Shown: positions 17,904 through 27,221, counted from the first letter of the stretch. The stretch is DNA of 64,000 bases from an uncultured Anaerolineaceae bacterium (GCA_964652205.1 CAZZAO010000003.1:15196-79195); one strand, 5' to 3'. The notes: generated by a model not told the origin, from the sequence alone. Translations and numbers: made by a program.

Positions 17904-18080
17904 TCGGCAGTTAGCGAGCCAGTATACACGATACCGCGCTCGAACCTCAAAGCCGATCCTCGCGGTTGGCCGTCCGTCGATCCGGGGCGCGATGGGAACA
18001 CCCGCTTCACCGGGGGCTTTGTGGACGCCCTCATTGCAGGCTGCGAACGAGCCAGGGACAGGGATTCAGAAGCACAGCCG

Positions 18081-18089
18081 TGCTAAAAT
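18081..18089 (+). promoter_or_regulatory. Putative extended -10 (TGCTAAAAT) upstream of the CoiA-like gene
   Basis: TGnTAAAAT about 35 nt upstream of the ATG at 18123. Motif only. Confidence 0.3.
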
Positions 18090-18122
18090 GCCGGGTATGA
18101 ATGGAAATATTGGAGCCAACTG

Positions 18123-19223
18123 ATGCCGCTGAGGGCGATCATCGACGGGCAGGAAGTCATCGCGCCGCTGCTCGATGAGGCAGCGTGGGACGCGCTGCAT
18201 CGCCGCGTGGCCGATGAGCATCTGCGCGTTATTCTGCCCTGCTGCGACGTCGAGGGCTATTTGCGCCGCAGCCAGCACGGGACGCAGCATTTCGCCCACA
18301 AGGTCAGCACTGACTGCCTGAGCAAAGGCGAAACGGTCGAGCATCTGCGCGCCAAAGCCGAAATCGTCGTCGCCTGCCAGGCGGCGGGCTATGACGCCTC
18401 GACTGAAGTCGCTGGCGACAACTGGCGCGCCGACGTGCTGGCGACGCGCGGGTCGGCGCGGATCGCGTTCGAGGTACAGTGGAGCTTTCTGCGCCTGCGC
18501 GACGTGCTTTATCGCCAGCGCCGGTATGCCGACGACGGCGTGCGCGGCTGCTGGTTCTTCCGCCGACCGCCCGCGCCGCTCCAGAACACCGACGACCTCG
18601 GCCCGGAACTGGAAGCGCGGCGCGAACTGCCGCTGTTTCATCTGTTCGCGGCAGTCGATGGCTCGTATGCCGTCGCCCTGCACCGCCGCCTGCACAAGCT
18701 GCCCGATTTCGTCGGCGCGCTGCTCGGCGGGCGCATCCGCTTCTGCGAGCGCGCCCGTTATCAGGGCAGGCGAGCGCTGCGCGCCGTCTTCTTCACGCTC
18801 GACTGCGCTCGCTGTGGGCAGCGCTCACAGCTCTACGTCGTCGATACGCGCCAGACGGCAGGCTGCGGCGTCCGTTTTCAGCCCGACGACGTCGATGCTG
18901 CCGAATCATTCACCTTTCATCCAGCGGTGCTGGCGGCGCTCGACCGCTACCGGCAGACCGAGGCCGGGGCGCATCTCCGTATGGGCGCAATCAAGGTTCG
19001 CAGCGACGGCCACAACTCATATCGCTCGTTCGGCTGCGCGCATTGTGACGCCATCTTCGACGCGCGTCAGGTCGGGCTGGCGTTGAGCGGGTCACGCCGT
19101 TTCCGGGACGACCCGGCGGCGGAGTCGTTCGAGGTGACGCTGCCGCTGCGCGTCAGCGGCGTGCTGCCGCACTGGTGCTATCCCGCCGACGGCCATTTCT
19201 GCTGTGAAAGCGCCGGTGGCTAA
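18123..19223 (+). CDS. CoiA-family (competence protein CoiA-like) PD-(D/E)xK nuclease-fold protein with a Cys-rich C-terminal region
   Basis: 366 aa. Collinear with the CoiA N-terminal and nuclease regions: ...HFAHK..., ETVEHLRAK, RADVLA, IAFEVQWS (E-x-Q/K-type motif). The C-terminal half carries CxxC pairs (CARCG, CAHCD). Confidence 0.75.
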   Translation: MPLRAIIDGQEVIAPLLDEAAWDALHRRVADEHLRVILPCCDVEGYLRRSQHGTQHFAHKVSTDCLSKGETVEHLRAKAEIVVACQAAGYDASTEVAGDNWRADVLATRGSARIAFEVQWSFLRLRDVLYRQRRYADDGVRGCWFFRRPPAPLQNTDDLGPELEARRELPLFHLFAAVDGSYAVALHRRLHKLPDFVGALLGGRIRFCERARYQGRRALRAVFFTLDCARCGQRSQLYVVDTRQTAGCGVRFQPDDVDAAESFTFHPAVLAALDRYRQTEAGAHLRMGAIKVRSDGHNSYRSFGCAHCDAIFDARQVGLALSGSRRFRDDPAAESFEVTLPLRVSGVLPHWCYPADGHFCCESAGG

Positions 19224-19269
19224 AAGTCCGGTACGGCTGAAGCCAGCCGAAGCGAAAAGAGCGCTGCCG

Positions 19270-19600
19270 AGGAAACGCGGGAAGGCGTCGCGCAGAGCAG
19301 GCAGGAGATGGTTGTAGCTGACATGGACGCGCGCCAGCGACCCGACAGGCTCTTGAGGATTGAGGTCGGGGCTGGCAGGCGGGGAACAAGCCGGTTTCAA
19401 CGCTGCGCCTTCTCTTTTGTTGAACCGCAAGAGTCGTGTCCTCACTCTGCCATAGCTGTACCTTTGAGGCCAACAGTCCATAACTGCCTGTGAAATTCTC
19501 CCGCAACTGTGTTCTAATTAACCTGAGTTTTCGATCAGCGGGACAGCTTTGCTGCGGCTGCGCAGACGCTTTATCATCGAAACGATCAACGACTGACTGA
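19270..19600 (-). pseudogene. Degenerate, frameshifted remnant of an IS630/Tc1-mariner-type DDE transposase (C-terminal part)
   Basis: Two overlapping minus-strand frames. One reads ...ACSPPASPDLNPQEPVGSLARVHVSYNHLLPALRDAFPRFL, which resembles the IS630 signature LPPYSPxLNPIExxW around the catalytic E. No intact ORF and no terminal repeats were identified. The local sequence is comparatively AT-rich. Confidence 0.35.
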
Positions 19601-19880
19601 AGAATCAATCGCAAATCGAGCATTCCCGTCATCGCCGGGGTGACAGGTTTGACTGTCTCGCTGCGTCAGCCTGAGAAACCCACTTTCAACCGGTCTACTC
19701 GTGACGTTCAGGCGCCTGTTCTGCCGGGGCAGCTATCCAGAATTCAGGTTACTTAATCAACATCAACAGGTTAGCATTCATGGTCTAATTCGTGCCGGTG
19801 TTCATGCCATCTGGCCGCGCTCACGATTTTCTTTCTCTCCTCATTTCGCTGGGAGAGGAGACAGGCTGAGGGAGAAGCTC

Positions 19881-20627
19881 ATGCATATCGACATCGCAGG
19901 GCAGGTCGCGCTCGTCACGGGGTCGGCACATCGCGTCGGCAAGATCATCGCGCTGGAGCTGGCCCGTAACGGCGTCCATATCATGGTCCATTACGCCAGC
20001 AGCGCCGAAGAAACGGTCAAGGAGACGCTGCGCGAGATCAAGTCTGAGGGCGTCGACGCCTTTGCTGTGCAGGCGGACATCAGCACGCCAGCGGGCGTCG
20101 CGGCGGTTTTTGCCGCCGTGGGCGAGCAGTTCGGGCGGCTCAACATCCTCGTCAACAGCGCCTCGAATTTTCAGCGGCGCAGGCTGATGGACGTCAGTTA
20201 TGCCGACTGGCAGGCGACGATGGCGATCAACCTGACCGCGCCCTTCCTCTGCACGCAGCAGGCCGTCGCGCTGATGCTCCAGAACGACCCGTCGGGCGGC
20301 GCGATTGTCAACATCCTCGACCGGGGCGCGCTGGAGCCGTGGCCGGCTTTCGCCCATCACGGCATCAGCAAGGCCGGGCTGCTGGCGCTGACTGAAGTGA
20401 CTGCCGCCAGCCTGGGGCCGGAAATCCGCGCCAACGGTATTATTCCGGGCGCGATCCTCAAGTCGGAAAACCAGAGCCAGGAACAGTGGGAAGCCAACGC
20501 GCTCAAAACGCCGATGAAGCGTCCCGGCACGGCTGAGGACGTCGCCCGCGCCGTCGTCTATCTCGTCAGCGAGGACTGGATCACCGGCGCAACTCTGAAG
20601 GTCGATGGCGGGGCGTTTCTGATCTAG
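19881..20627 (+). CDS. Short-chain dehydrogenase/reductase, pteridine-reductase/FolM-like subgroup
   Basis: Start taken at ATG 19881 (MHIDIAGQVALVTGSAHRVGKIIALELARNG), preceded by GGGAGAAG. The track start at 19701 adds 60 non-homologous residues. TGxxxRxG nucleotide motif and NSAS are present. The usual YxxxK reads HGISK, so His sits at the Tyr position. Confidence 0.85.
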   Translation: MHIDIAGQVALVTGSAHRVGKIIALELARNGVHIMVHYASSAEETVKETLREIKSEGVDAFAVQADISTPAGVAAVFAAVGEQFGRLNILVNSASNFQRRRLMDVSYADWQATMAINLTAPFLCTQQAVALMLQNDPSGGAIVNILDRGALEPWPAFAHHGISKAGLLALTEVTAASLGPEIRANGIIPGAILKSENQSQEQWEANALKTPMKRPGTAEDVARAVVYLVSEDWITGATLKVDGGAFLI

Positions 20628-20796
20628 CGCCCGTTCTGGCTGATCGTTTTGAGCGAAGCGGTTCGGATGCGAAAAAGCGCCCCTATGGAAGGTCAATTCT
20701 CCGCTCCGAAACCTGACCCGACTGAGCGGCGGGCTGGCCGGGGTGATGAGTTGTGAAATCGAGCGCCCCCCTCATTCCGCGCTCACGTAAGGCTTT

Positions 20797-20818
20797 TATA
20801 ATGATTGCACCCTAGAAT
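20797..20818 (+). promoter_or_regulatory. Putative promoter -10 elements (TATAAT at 20797..20802 and TAGAAT at 20813..20818) upstream of the Trx-NHL gene
   Basis: Consensus hexamers 30-50 nt upstream of the ATG at 20850. Motif only. Confidence 0.3.
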
Positions 20819-20849
20819 CAACAGACTTGAGCGTAAACGGGGCAATCTT

Positions 20850-22910
20850 ATGCGTAAATGGATGCTGTTATCGGTGCTGTTCGCCCTGACCTCGCTGGGA
20901 ATGGCGCGCGCGCAGGACGCTACCCCCGAAGCGACTCCCGGCGAAACCAGCCCCTACGTCGGCGACCCGGCCTATCCCGCGCCGGACTTTCCCGCTGGCC
21001 TCGACTGGATCAACGTCAGCGCGCCGCTGACGATGCAATCCCTGCGCGGCAAGGTGATTGTGCTGGATTTTTGGACGTATGGCTGCATTAACTGCATCCA
21101 CATGATCCCGACGCTGCAAAAACTCGAAGCCAAATATGGCAGCGCGCTCCAGATCGTCGGCGTCCATTCAGCCAAGTTCGCCAACGAAGGCCAGACCGAG
21201 AACATCCGCGAAATCGTCCAGCGTTATGGTCTCGAACATCCGGTCATCAACGACAACGAATTTAAGACCTGGAACCTGTACCAGCCCTACGGCGTCAGCG
21301 CGTGGCCGACCTTCGTCATGATCGACCCGCGCGGCAACCTGCTGGCGGTGCAGCCCGGCGAAATCCCCTACGAGGGCTTCGACGCGGTGATCGGCGGCAT
21401 CGTCAACTACTACGACGGCCTCGGCGAAATTGACCGGACGCCGATTCATCTGGCGCTCGAAGGCGCGGGCCTGCCGGGCAGCACGCTGGCCTTCCCCGGC
21501 AAGGTGCTGGCTGACCCGACCGGCAGCCGCCTGTTCATCGCCGACAGCAACCATAACCGCATCGTCGTCGCCGACCTTCAGAGCTATCAGGTCGAGGCCG
21601 TCATCGGCACGGGCGCAGCCAGCCTGACCGATGGCGCTTATGACAGCGCGACTTTCGACAAGCCGCAGGGCATGGCGCTCGACGGCAGCACGCTCTACGT
21701 CGCCGATACGTACAATAACGCCATCCGCGCCATCGACCTCGACAAAAAGACGGTCACGACGGCTGCCGGAACCGGCGCGCAGGGCTACGCCGGAATCGCG
21801 CAGCAGAACCCGACTCAGGTTGCCCTGAGCAGTCCGTGGGACGTGGTCATGGGGCCGGGCCACATCCTCTACATTGCGATGGCCGGCCAGCATCAGATCT
21901 GGGCGCTGAGGCTGGACAAGGGCGTGATCGGGCCAGTGGTCGGCAGCGGCTACGAGGGCATGGAGAACGCGGGCTTTAAGGCGGCGCAGTTGGCTCAACC
22001 GAGCGGCCTGTACCTCGCTGACGACCAGCTCTACTTCGCCGACAGCGAGTCAAGCAGCGTGCGCGTGGCCGACCTCGGCAGACAGATCGTCACGTCGCTG
22101 GCCGGGCCGACGATCAACGACCTGTTCGACTTCGGCGATACCGACGGCAGCTATGGCACGTCGCGGCTTCAGCATCCGCTCGGCGTGACCGGCGGGCCGG
22201 ACGGCACAATCTTCGTCGCCGATACCTATAACAGCCGCGTCAAGAAGATCGACCCGGCGACGAAAACGACGACGACCGTTTTCGGCCTCGACGACAGCGG
22301 CTTCCACGACGGCGACAGCCAGACGGCGCAGTTCTACGAGCCGGGCGGCCTGAGCTACGCCAACGGCAAACTGTACGTGGCCGATACCAATAACAACGCC
22401 ATCCGCGTGATTGATCTGGCGGCGGGACAGGTCAGCACGGTCAGCTTCCCCAATCCCGAAGCGCTCCAGATTGCCGACCAGATCACCGTCGCAGGCGGCA
22501 ACAGCGCGGCAGGCGAGCATCTGACGCTCGACGCGCAGACGGTCAAGGCCGGAACCGGCTCGATCACGCTCAGGATCACGCTGCCAGACGGCTACAAGAT
22601 CAACGATCAGGCCCCGTCGTATGCCACCTGGACGAGCGGCGGCAAGGTCAACCTGGCGGATGAGACGGCCAACAGCGGCCACATCACCACCGCTACCGTC
22701 AGCTACCCGGTGATGTTCACCGAAGGCAGCGACACGCTCCACGGCGAACTCGCCATTTACTACTGCGAAGCCGTCCACGAGAGCCTGTGCTATCTCGACG
22801 CGCTGACGGTCGATCTGCCGGTGACGGTCAGCCGCAGCGCGACTTCCAGCGATCTGGTCGTCGAGCGCTCAATCACGCCGCCGAAGGTCGTCAGCGGCAG
22901 TCTGCCCTGA
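20850..22910 (+). CDS. Secreted thioredoxin-like domain plus NHL-repeat beta-propeller protein (NHLRC2-like architecture)
   Basis: Start taken at ATG 20850 (signal peptide MRKWMLLSVLFALTSLGMARA). Trx-like CxxC (WTYGCINCIH). Repeated NHL blades: LFIADSNHNRIVVADL, LYVADTYNNAIRAIDL, LYFADSESSSVRVADL, IFVADTYNSRVKKIDP, LYVADTNNNAIRVIDL. C-terminal beta-rich domain. Confidence 0.9.
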   Translation: MRKWMLLSVLFALTSLGMARAQDATPEATPGETSPYVGDPAYPAPDFPAGLDWINVSAPLTMQSLRGKVIVLDFWTYGCINCIHMIPTLQKLEAKYGSALQIVGVHSAKFANEGQTENIREIVQRYGLEHPVINDNEFKTWNLYQPYGVSAWPTFVMIDPRGNLLAVQPGEIPYEGFDAVIGGIVNYYDGLGEIDRTPIHLALEGAGLPGSTLAFPGKVLADPTGSRLFIADSNHNRIVVADLQSYQVEAVIGTGAASLTDGAYDSATFDKPQGMALDGSTLYVADTYNNAIRAIDLDKKTVTTAAGTGAQGYAGIAQQNPTQVALSSPWDVVMGPGHILYIAMAGQHQIWALRLDKGVIGPVVGSGYEGMENAGFKAAQLAQPSGLYLADDQLYFADSESSSVRVADLGRQIVTSLAGPTINDLFDFGDTDGSYGTSRLQHPLGVTGGPDGTIFVADTYNSRVKKIDPATKTTTTVFGLDDSGFHDGDSQTAQFYEPGGLSYANGKLYVADTNNNAIRVIDLAAGQVSTVSFPNPEALQIADQITVAGGNSAAGEHLTLDAQTVKAGTGSITLRITLPDGYKINDQAPSYATWTSGGKVNLADETANSGHITTATVSYPVMFTEGSDTLHGELAIYYCEAVHESLCYLDALTVDLPVTVSRSATSSDLVVERSITPPKVVSGSLP

Positions 22911-23043
22911 TCGCATCCTGTCAGGCTGCCGCTGGCAGCGGCCCCACGAGCGGAATAGGCGCGCTCGCGGGGCCGTTTGCTTCTAACGGCGCTGCCGGTC
23001 TATAGTTGCCGCAGAGACATCCTCCACAAAAGGGCAGGCTTCC

Positions 23044-25224
23044 GTGCGTTCGACACTCCTCTTCAATGCTGGCTGGCTGTTCGCCCCGCGCGAGCTGGAC
23101 GAGCGCGCGCCGGACAGCGCCTTCGAGCCGGTCACGCTGCCGCATACCAACGTCGTGCTGCCGTGGCACAATTTCGACAACGCCGAATATCAGTTCATCT
23201 CGACTTATCGCAAGCACTTCACCCTGCCGGAAGCGCGAGCAGGACGCCGCGTGTACGTCGATTTCGACGGCGCGATGATCGCCGCGGACGTCTTTATCAA
23301 CGGCCAGCACGTCGCCACTCACGGCGGCGGCTACACGCCGTTTTCCGCCGACCTGACGCCGTACCTTCACGATGGCGACAACGTCCTGCGCGTCCGGCTC
23401 GATTCGACCGAACGGGCGGACATCCCCCCCTACGGTTTCGTCGTCGATTACCTGACCTTCGGCGGCCTCTACCGTGACGCGCATTTACGGATGGTCGAGC
23501 CGTGCTACATCGCCGACGTCTTCGCCCGCCCGCTCAACGCGCTGACGCAGCCGCGGCTTGAACTTGACGTCACGCTGGTCAACGAAAGCGACCAATCGGC
23601 GCAGGCCGAGCTGGCAGCAGCGGTCGAAGGGCTGATCGACCTTCCGGCGCGGCTGGTGACACTGGCGCCGGGAGAGCGGAAAACCGTCGTCTTTGAAGCC
23701 AGCGCGCCGCCGGAAGTCCGGTTGTGGACGCCGGACTCGCCCGCGCTGTACGTCGTCCGCGCCAGCCTGCTCGACGCGCAGGGCAGCGCCGCCGATCAGG
23801 TCGAGACGCACATCGGCTGGCGCGAGGCGCATTTCGATGCCGACGGCGGTTTCACACTCAACGGCCAGCCGCTCAAACTGCGCGGCCTCAATCGGCATCA
23901 GACCTACCCGTATATCGGCGCGGCGGCTCCGGCGCGGCTTCAGCGTAAGGACGCCGACATCCTGCGCGACGAACTGGGCGTCAACCTCGTCCGCACCTCG
24001 CATTACCCGCAGTCGCCACATTTTCTCGACCGCTGCGACGAGATCGGCCTGCTGGTGTTCGAGGAAATCCCCGGCTGGCAGTACATCGGCGACGACGACT
24101 GGCAGGCGCTGACGCTCGCCAACGTCGAGGCGATGATCCGACGCGACCGCAATCATCCGTCGATCATCCTGTGGGGCGTCCGCATCAACGAATCGCCCGA
24201 CGACCATGATCTGTATGTTAAGACCAACGCGCTGGCGCGCCGGCTCGACGCGACGCGGCAGACCGGCGGCGTCCGTAACTTCCTCGAAAGCGAGCTTTTA
24301 GAGGATGTTTACACGTTCAACGACTTCTCGAAGGGCGTGCTTGAGCCGCGCGTGACGCCGCACCTGATTACCGAGTTCAACGGCCACATGTTCCCGACGA
24401 AAACATGGGACGGCGAAGAACGCGCCATCGAGCACGCGCTGCGCCACGCGGCGATTCAGGACGCGGCGGCGGGCAACCCGCGCGTCAGCGGGGCGATTGG
24501 CTGGTGCGCCTTCGACTACAACACGCACCGCGAGTTTGGCTCCGGCGACCGCCTGTGCTATCACGGCGTCAGCGACATCTTCCGGCTGCCGAAGATGGCG
24601 GCCTACTTCTATGAGAGCCAGCAGCCCCCGGCGCGCCGTCCAGTCGTGCGCGCCGCGACCTACTGGACGATGGGCGACCGCAGCGAAGGCGGCAACGACC
24701 CGCTGACGGTCTTCAGCAACTGCGAGGAGATCGACGTCTACTGCGGGGCGATTCTGCACGGGCGCTTCCAGCCCGACCGCGTGACTTATCCGCACCTCGA
24801 CTATCCGCCGTTCACCGTGCCGGGACTGCCGATCACGGCGACGTGGGGATCGCTGTATGAGGATTTGCGCGTGATCGGCTATATCGGCGGGCAGGCCGTG
24901 GCTGAGGAATGGCACGCCGCCGATGGGCTGCCGAAGGCGCTGCTGCTCACGCCGGACGATGCCGCGCTGGACGCCGACGGCGCGGACATGACCCGGCTGA
25001 CGATCAGGATCGTCGATGCTTACGGCAACCGCCTGCCCTACGCAGCGCAGGCCGTGACGCTGACCGTCGATGGCCCCGCCGAAATTATCGGCGAGAATCC
25101 GTTTGTGACGCTGGGCGGACAGGGCGCGGTCTACCTGAAGGCGCGGCGCGAAAAGGGCGTCGCCACGATTCACGCGACGACGCCCCGTTTGCCCGCAGCG
25201 CAGGCGCAGGTCAGGCTGCGTTAG
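23044..25224 (+). CDS. Glycoside hydrolase family 2 (beta-galactosidase/beta-glucuronidase/beta-mannosidase-type)
   Basis: 726 aa. Sugar-binding N-domain (FDGAMIAADVFINGQHVATHGGGYTPFSADLT). TIM barrel with NHPSIILWGVRINES (acid/base region) and ITEFNGH (nucleophile region). Confidence 0.9.
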   Translation: MRSTLLFNAGWLFAPRELDERAPDSAFEPVTLPHTNVVLPWHNFDNAEYQFISTYRKHFTLPEARAGRRVYVDFDGAMIAADVFINGQHVATHGGGYTPFSADLTPYLHDGDNVLRVRLDSTERADIPPYGFVVDYLTFGGLYRDAHLRMVEPCYIADVFARPLNALTQPRLELDVTLVNESDQSAQAELAAAVEGLIDLPARLVTLAPGERKTVVFEASAPPEVRLWTPDSPALYVVRASLLDAQGSAADQVETHIGWREAHFDADGGFTLNGQPLKLRGLNRHQTYPYIGAAAPARLQRKDADILRDELGVNLVRTSHYPQSPHFLDRCDEIGLLVFEEIPGWQYIGDDDWQALTLANVEAMIRRDRNHPSIILWGVRINESPDDHDLYVKTNALARRLDATRQTGGVRNFLESELLEDVYTFNDFSKGVLEPRVTPHLITEFNGHMFPTKTWDGEERAIEHALRHAAIQDAAAGNPRVSGAIGWCAFDYNTHREFGSGDRLCYHGVSDIFRLPKMAAYFYESQQPPARRPVVRAATYWTMGDRSEGGNDPLTVFSNCEEIDVYCGAILHGRFQPDRVTYPHLDYPPFTVPGLPITATWGSLYEDLRVIGYIGGQAVAEEWHAADGLPKALLLTPDDAALDADGADMTRLTIRIVDAYGNRLPYAAQAVTLTVDGPAEIIGENPFVTLGGQGAVYLKARREKGVATIHATTPRLPAAQAQVRLR

Positions 25225-25234
25225 ACGGTGTACC

Positions 25235-25705
25235 CTACTTGCCGGAGAAAGCAGGAACCTGACTGAAGATGTCGTTCAGATCGTCGAGCGCGCGCTGAAT
25301 CCGCGCCAGATGATCGACCGGGATGGACGAAAACAACTCGCGCATCTTTTCTTCCCGGCGCTGATCGATCCGCTCCAGCAGGGCCATACCCTCATCGTTG
25401 ATCGAGATCAGCTTCTGGCGGCGATCTTCCGGGTTTTCGCGCCGCGTCAGCAGGCCGCGCTGAAGCAGTCGGTCGATTAACTGGCTGGCCGCAGGCTGCG
25501 ACAGCGTAATGACCGAAGCCAACTGCGAGACGGTCAGGAGTTCCTCACGATGACGGCTGAGATAGTAGAGCACCATGAACTGAGGCAGCGTGAAGTCGAG
25601 GTCCTGAATCGAGGTGAAATGGCCCATGACGCGGTCGGAAACGCCGGTCTGCATGGCGCGCATGGTTTCGATGATACTGTCGATAGCATCGGCCTTGTCG
25701 GTCAT
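25235..25705 (-). CDS. MarR-family transcriptional regulator
   Basis: 156 aa. wHTH LTVSQLASVITLSQPAASQLIDRLLQRGLLTRRENPEDRRQKLISINDEG. Confidence 0.9.
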   Translation of the reverse strand: MTDKADAIDSIIETMRAMQTGVSDRVMGHFTSIQDLDFTLPQFMVLYYLSRHREELLTVSQLASVITLSQPAASQLIDRLLQRGLLTRRENPEDRRQKLISINDEGMALLERIDQRREEKMRELFSSIPVDHLARIQRALDDLNDIFSQVPAFSGK

Positions 25706-25884
25706 TGAATTTGTCTCCCTGTAACGACCATCCGAGTGATCGGACGTGAGGCCGACGGCAGGCCGAATTAATCATTCATACGGTCAATTAGATTTTAACA
25801 CCAATGTAATTGCTGCACCAGCCAACGACAGCGGCGGCTGCCGGGCATTAAGGACGCTCTAACGCCGGATCGCTCGCCCCGGCG

Positions 25885-25902
25885 TTACAATGTAGGTTGT
25901 AA
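25885..25902. promoter_or_regulatory. Palindrome TTACAA-N6-TTGTAA overlapping TACAAT/TGTAAT -10-like hexamers. Candidate MarR operator and promoter of the baeRF1-like gene.
   Basis: Read directly. Perfect 6-bp inverted arms, 20-35 nt upstream of the ATG at 25921 (RBS AAAGGAG), in the divergent MarR/baeRF1 intergenic region. Confidence 0.4.
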
Positions 25903-25920
25903 TGCAAAGGAGCGCAGCCG

Positions 25921-27042
25921 ATGATCGACGTCAAAGAAGTCAAGGAACTGCTCGAACAAATCGGAGATCAAACACTCAGCCTGTACCTTGATGTCAGCGA
26001 AGGCAAGCTCGAAAATCAGGCGGTCGCGCCGCAGTGGAGCGTGTGGCTCAAGAATACGCTGCGCGATCTGGGCAGCGGCCTGACCCGTGAAGACGCTCAG
26101 GCATGGCCGCAGATTCGTGACCGGGTCGAAGGCTATTTCGACCCGTACAGCGCGGGCTACAAGCCGCAGGCGCGCGGGATTGTGCTGTTCACCAGTCCCT
26201 CGTATCAGCAGGCTTACGAGCTGCCGATCTCCTTCAAAAATCAGGCGTCGTTCGGCAAGCCCCACGTCGCGCCGCTGTTGTGGGCGATTGACGAGTACGA
26301 GCCGTATCTGGTCGCCATGGTCGATAAGGAAAAGGCGCGCTTTTTCAGCAGTTATCTGGCGTCCATCGACTTTCAGGACAGCCTCGAAATCGACCTCGAC
26401 CAATACGATTTCGCCGAGCGCCCGATGAGGAATGTCACCATCGGCGGCAACGAAGGCGGCGGTGGAACGAACAAGGAAGCGTGGCAGCGGATGATCAACG
26501 AGCACGAGCGGCGCTTCTACCGGCAGGTAGCGGATACGGCGGTTAAACTGGCCGACCAGCAGAAGGCCGAGCGCATCATCATCGCTGGCTCGGAAGACTC
26601 GCTGCACGAGGTCTACAACCTGTTCAGCGAGCACGATCAGACGCGAATCGCCGGGATGGCAGCCATCCCGATGCAGTCAACGACTGCCGAAATCTTCCAG
26701 CAGATTTTGCCGGTGGCGCAGGCGTTCGAGCGCGAGCAGGAGATGACGCTGGTTTCCGAAGTGATCGACTTCGCCCGATCAGGCGGGCGCGGCGCGCTGG
26801 GGCGCGAGGCGGTCGATAGGGCGATATCGATGCAGCGCGTCGAACGGCTGATCCTGCCGTGGCCGGTCGACAGCCCTTCGATGAATGAGTATCTGGAAAC
26901 GCTCGCTTACCGAGCGCTCCAGCTCAACAGTCAGGTTGAGCTGGTTCATGAGGCCGCCGCAGATCGACTGACAGCGGAAGGGGGCGTCGCGGCGCGGCTG
27001 TATTACGCCATCGACGCCCGACCGGACAGCGACGGACATTAA
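25921..27042 (+). CDS. Bacterial eRF1-fold protein (baeRF1 / host-attachment / VLRF1-like family), paralogue 1
   Basis: 373 aa. The central loop TIGGNEGGGGTNKEAWQRMINEHERRFYRQVADTA aligns with the eRF1 GGQSALRFARLR...Y.RKVAE region, but there is no GGQ. It is followed by an eRF1 domain-3-like ERIIIAGSEDSL... Confidence 0.75.
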   Translation: MIDVKEVKELLEQIGDQTLSLYLDVSEGKLENQAVAPQWSVWLKNTLRDLGSGLTREDAQAWPQIRDRVEGYFDPYSAGYKPQARGIVLFTSPSYQQAYELPISFKNQASFGKPHVAPLLWAIDEYEPYLVAMVDKEKARFFSSYLASIDFQDSLEIDLDQYDFAERPMRNVTIGGNEGGGGTNKEAWQRMINEHERRFYRQVADTAVKLADQQKAERIIIAGSEDSLHEVYNLFSEHDQTRIAGMAAIPMQSTTAEIFQQILPVAQAFEREQEMTLVSEVIDFARSGGRGALGREAVDRAISMQRVERLILPWPVDSPSMNEYLETLAYRALQLNSQVELVHEAAADRLTAEGGVAARLYYAIDARPDSDGH

Positions 27043-27060
27043 TCAGGCCGCGCACAAATG

Positions 27061-27082
27061 AGGCGAATGGGTTCGCCTTTTG
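27061..27082 (+). terminator. Rho-independent terminator after the baeRF1-like gene
   Basis: AGGCGAA-TGGG-TTCGCCT followed by TTTGG, 19 nt after the stop codon. Confidence 0.6.
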
Positions 27083-27221
27083 GTGATCGCCGCGCGCGTT
27101 ATGGATAAGGTCAGGCGCAGCATGTCTGCCTTCTGTATGGGCGCGATTTTCCGCACCAGTGCGCCGAAAACCTCGCTCAGAACGGCGATCTATAACGAGC
27201 GTCATCGGGTGGAATGGCGCG

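Noticed and set aside
19701-19880. N-terminal extensions given by the ORF track (also 20805, 27988, 39601, 41449, 43955, 49323, 59175, 63353)
   Set aside because: The upstream-most in-frame starts add non-homologous, often Arg-rich residues and lack an RBS. Internal ATG, TTG or GTG codons with Shine-Dalgarno-like sequences coincide with the family-typical N-termini. Start sites remain predictions.
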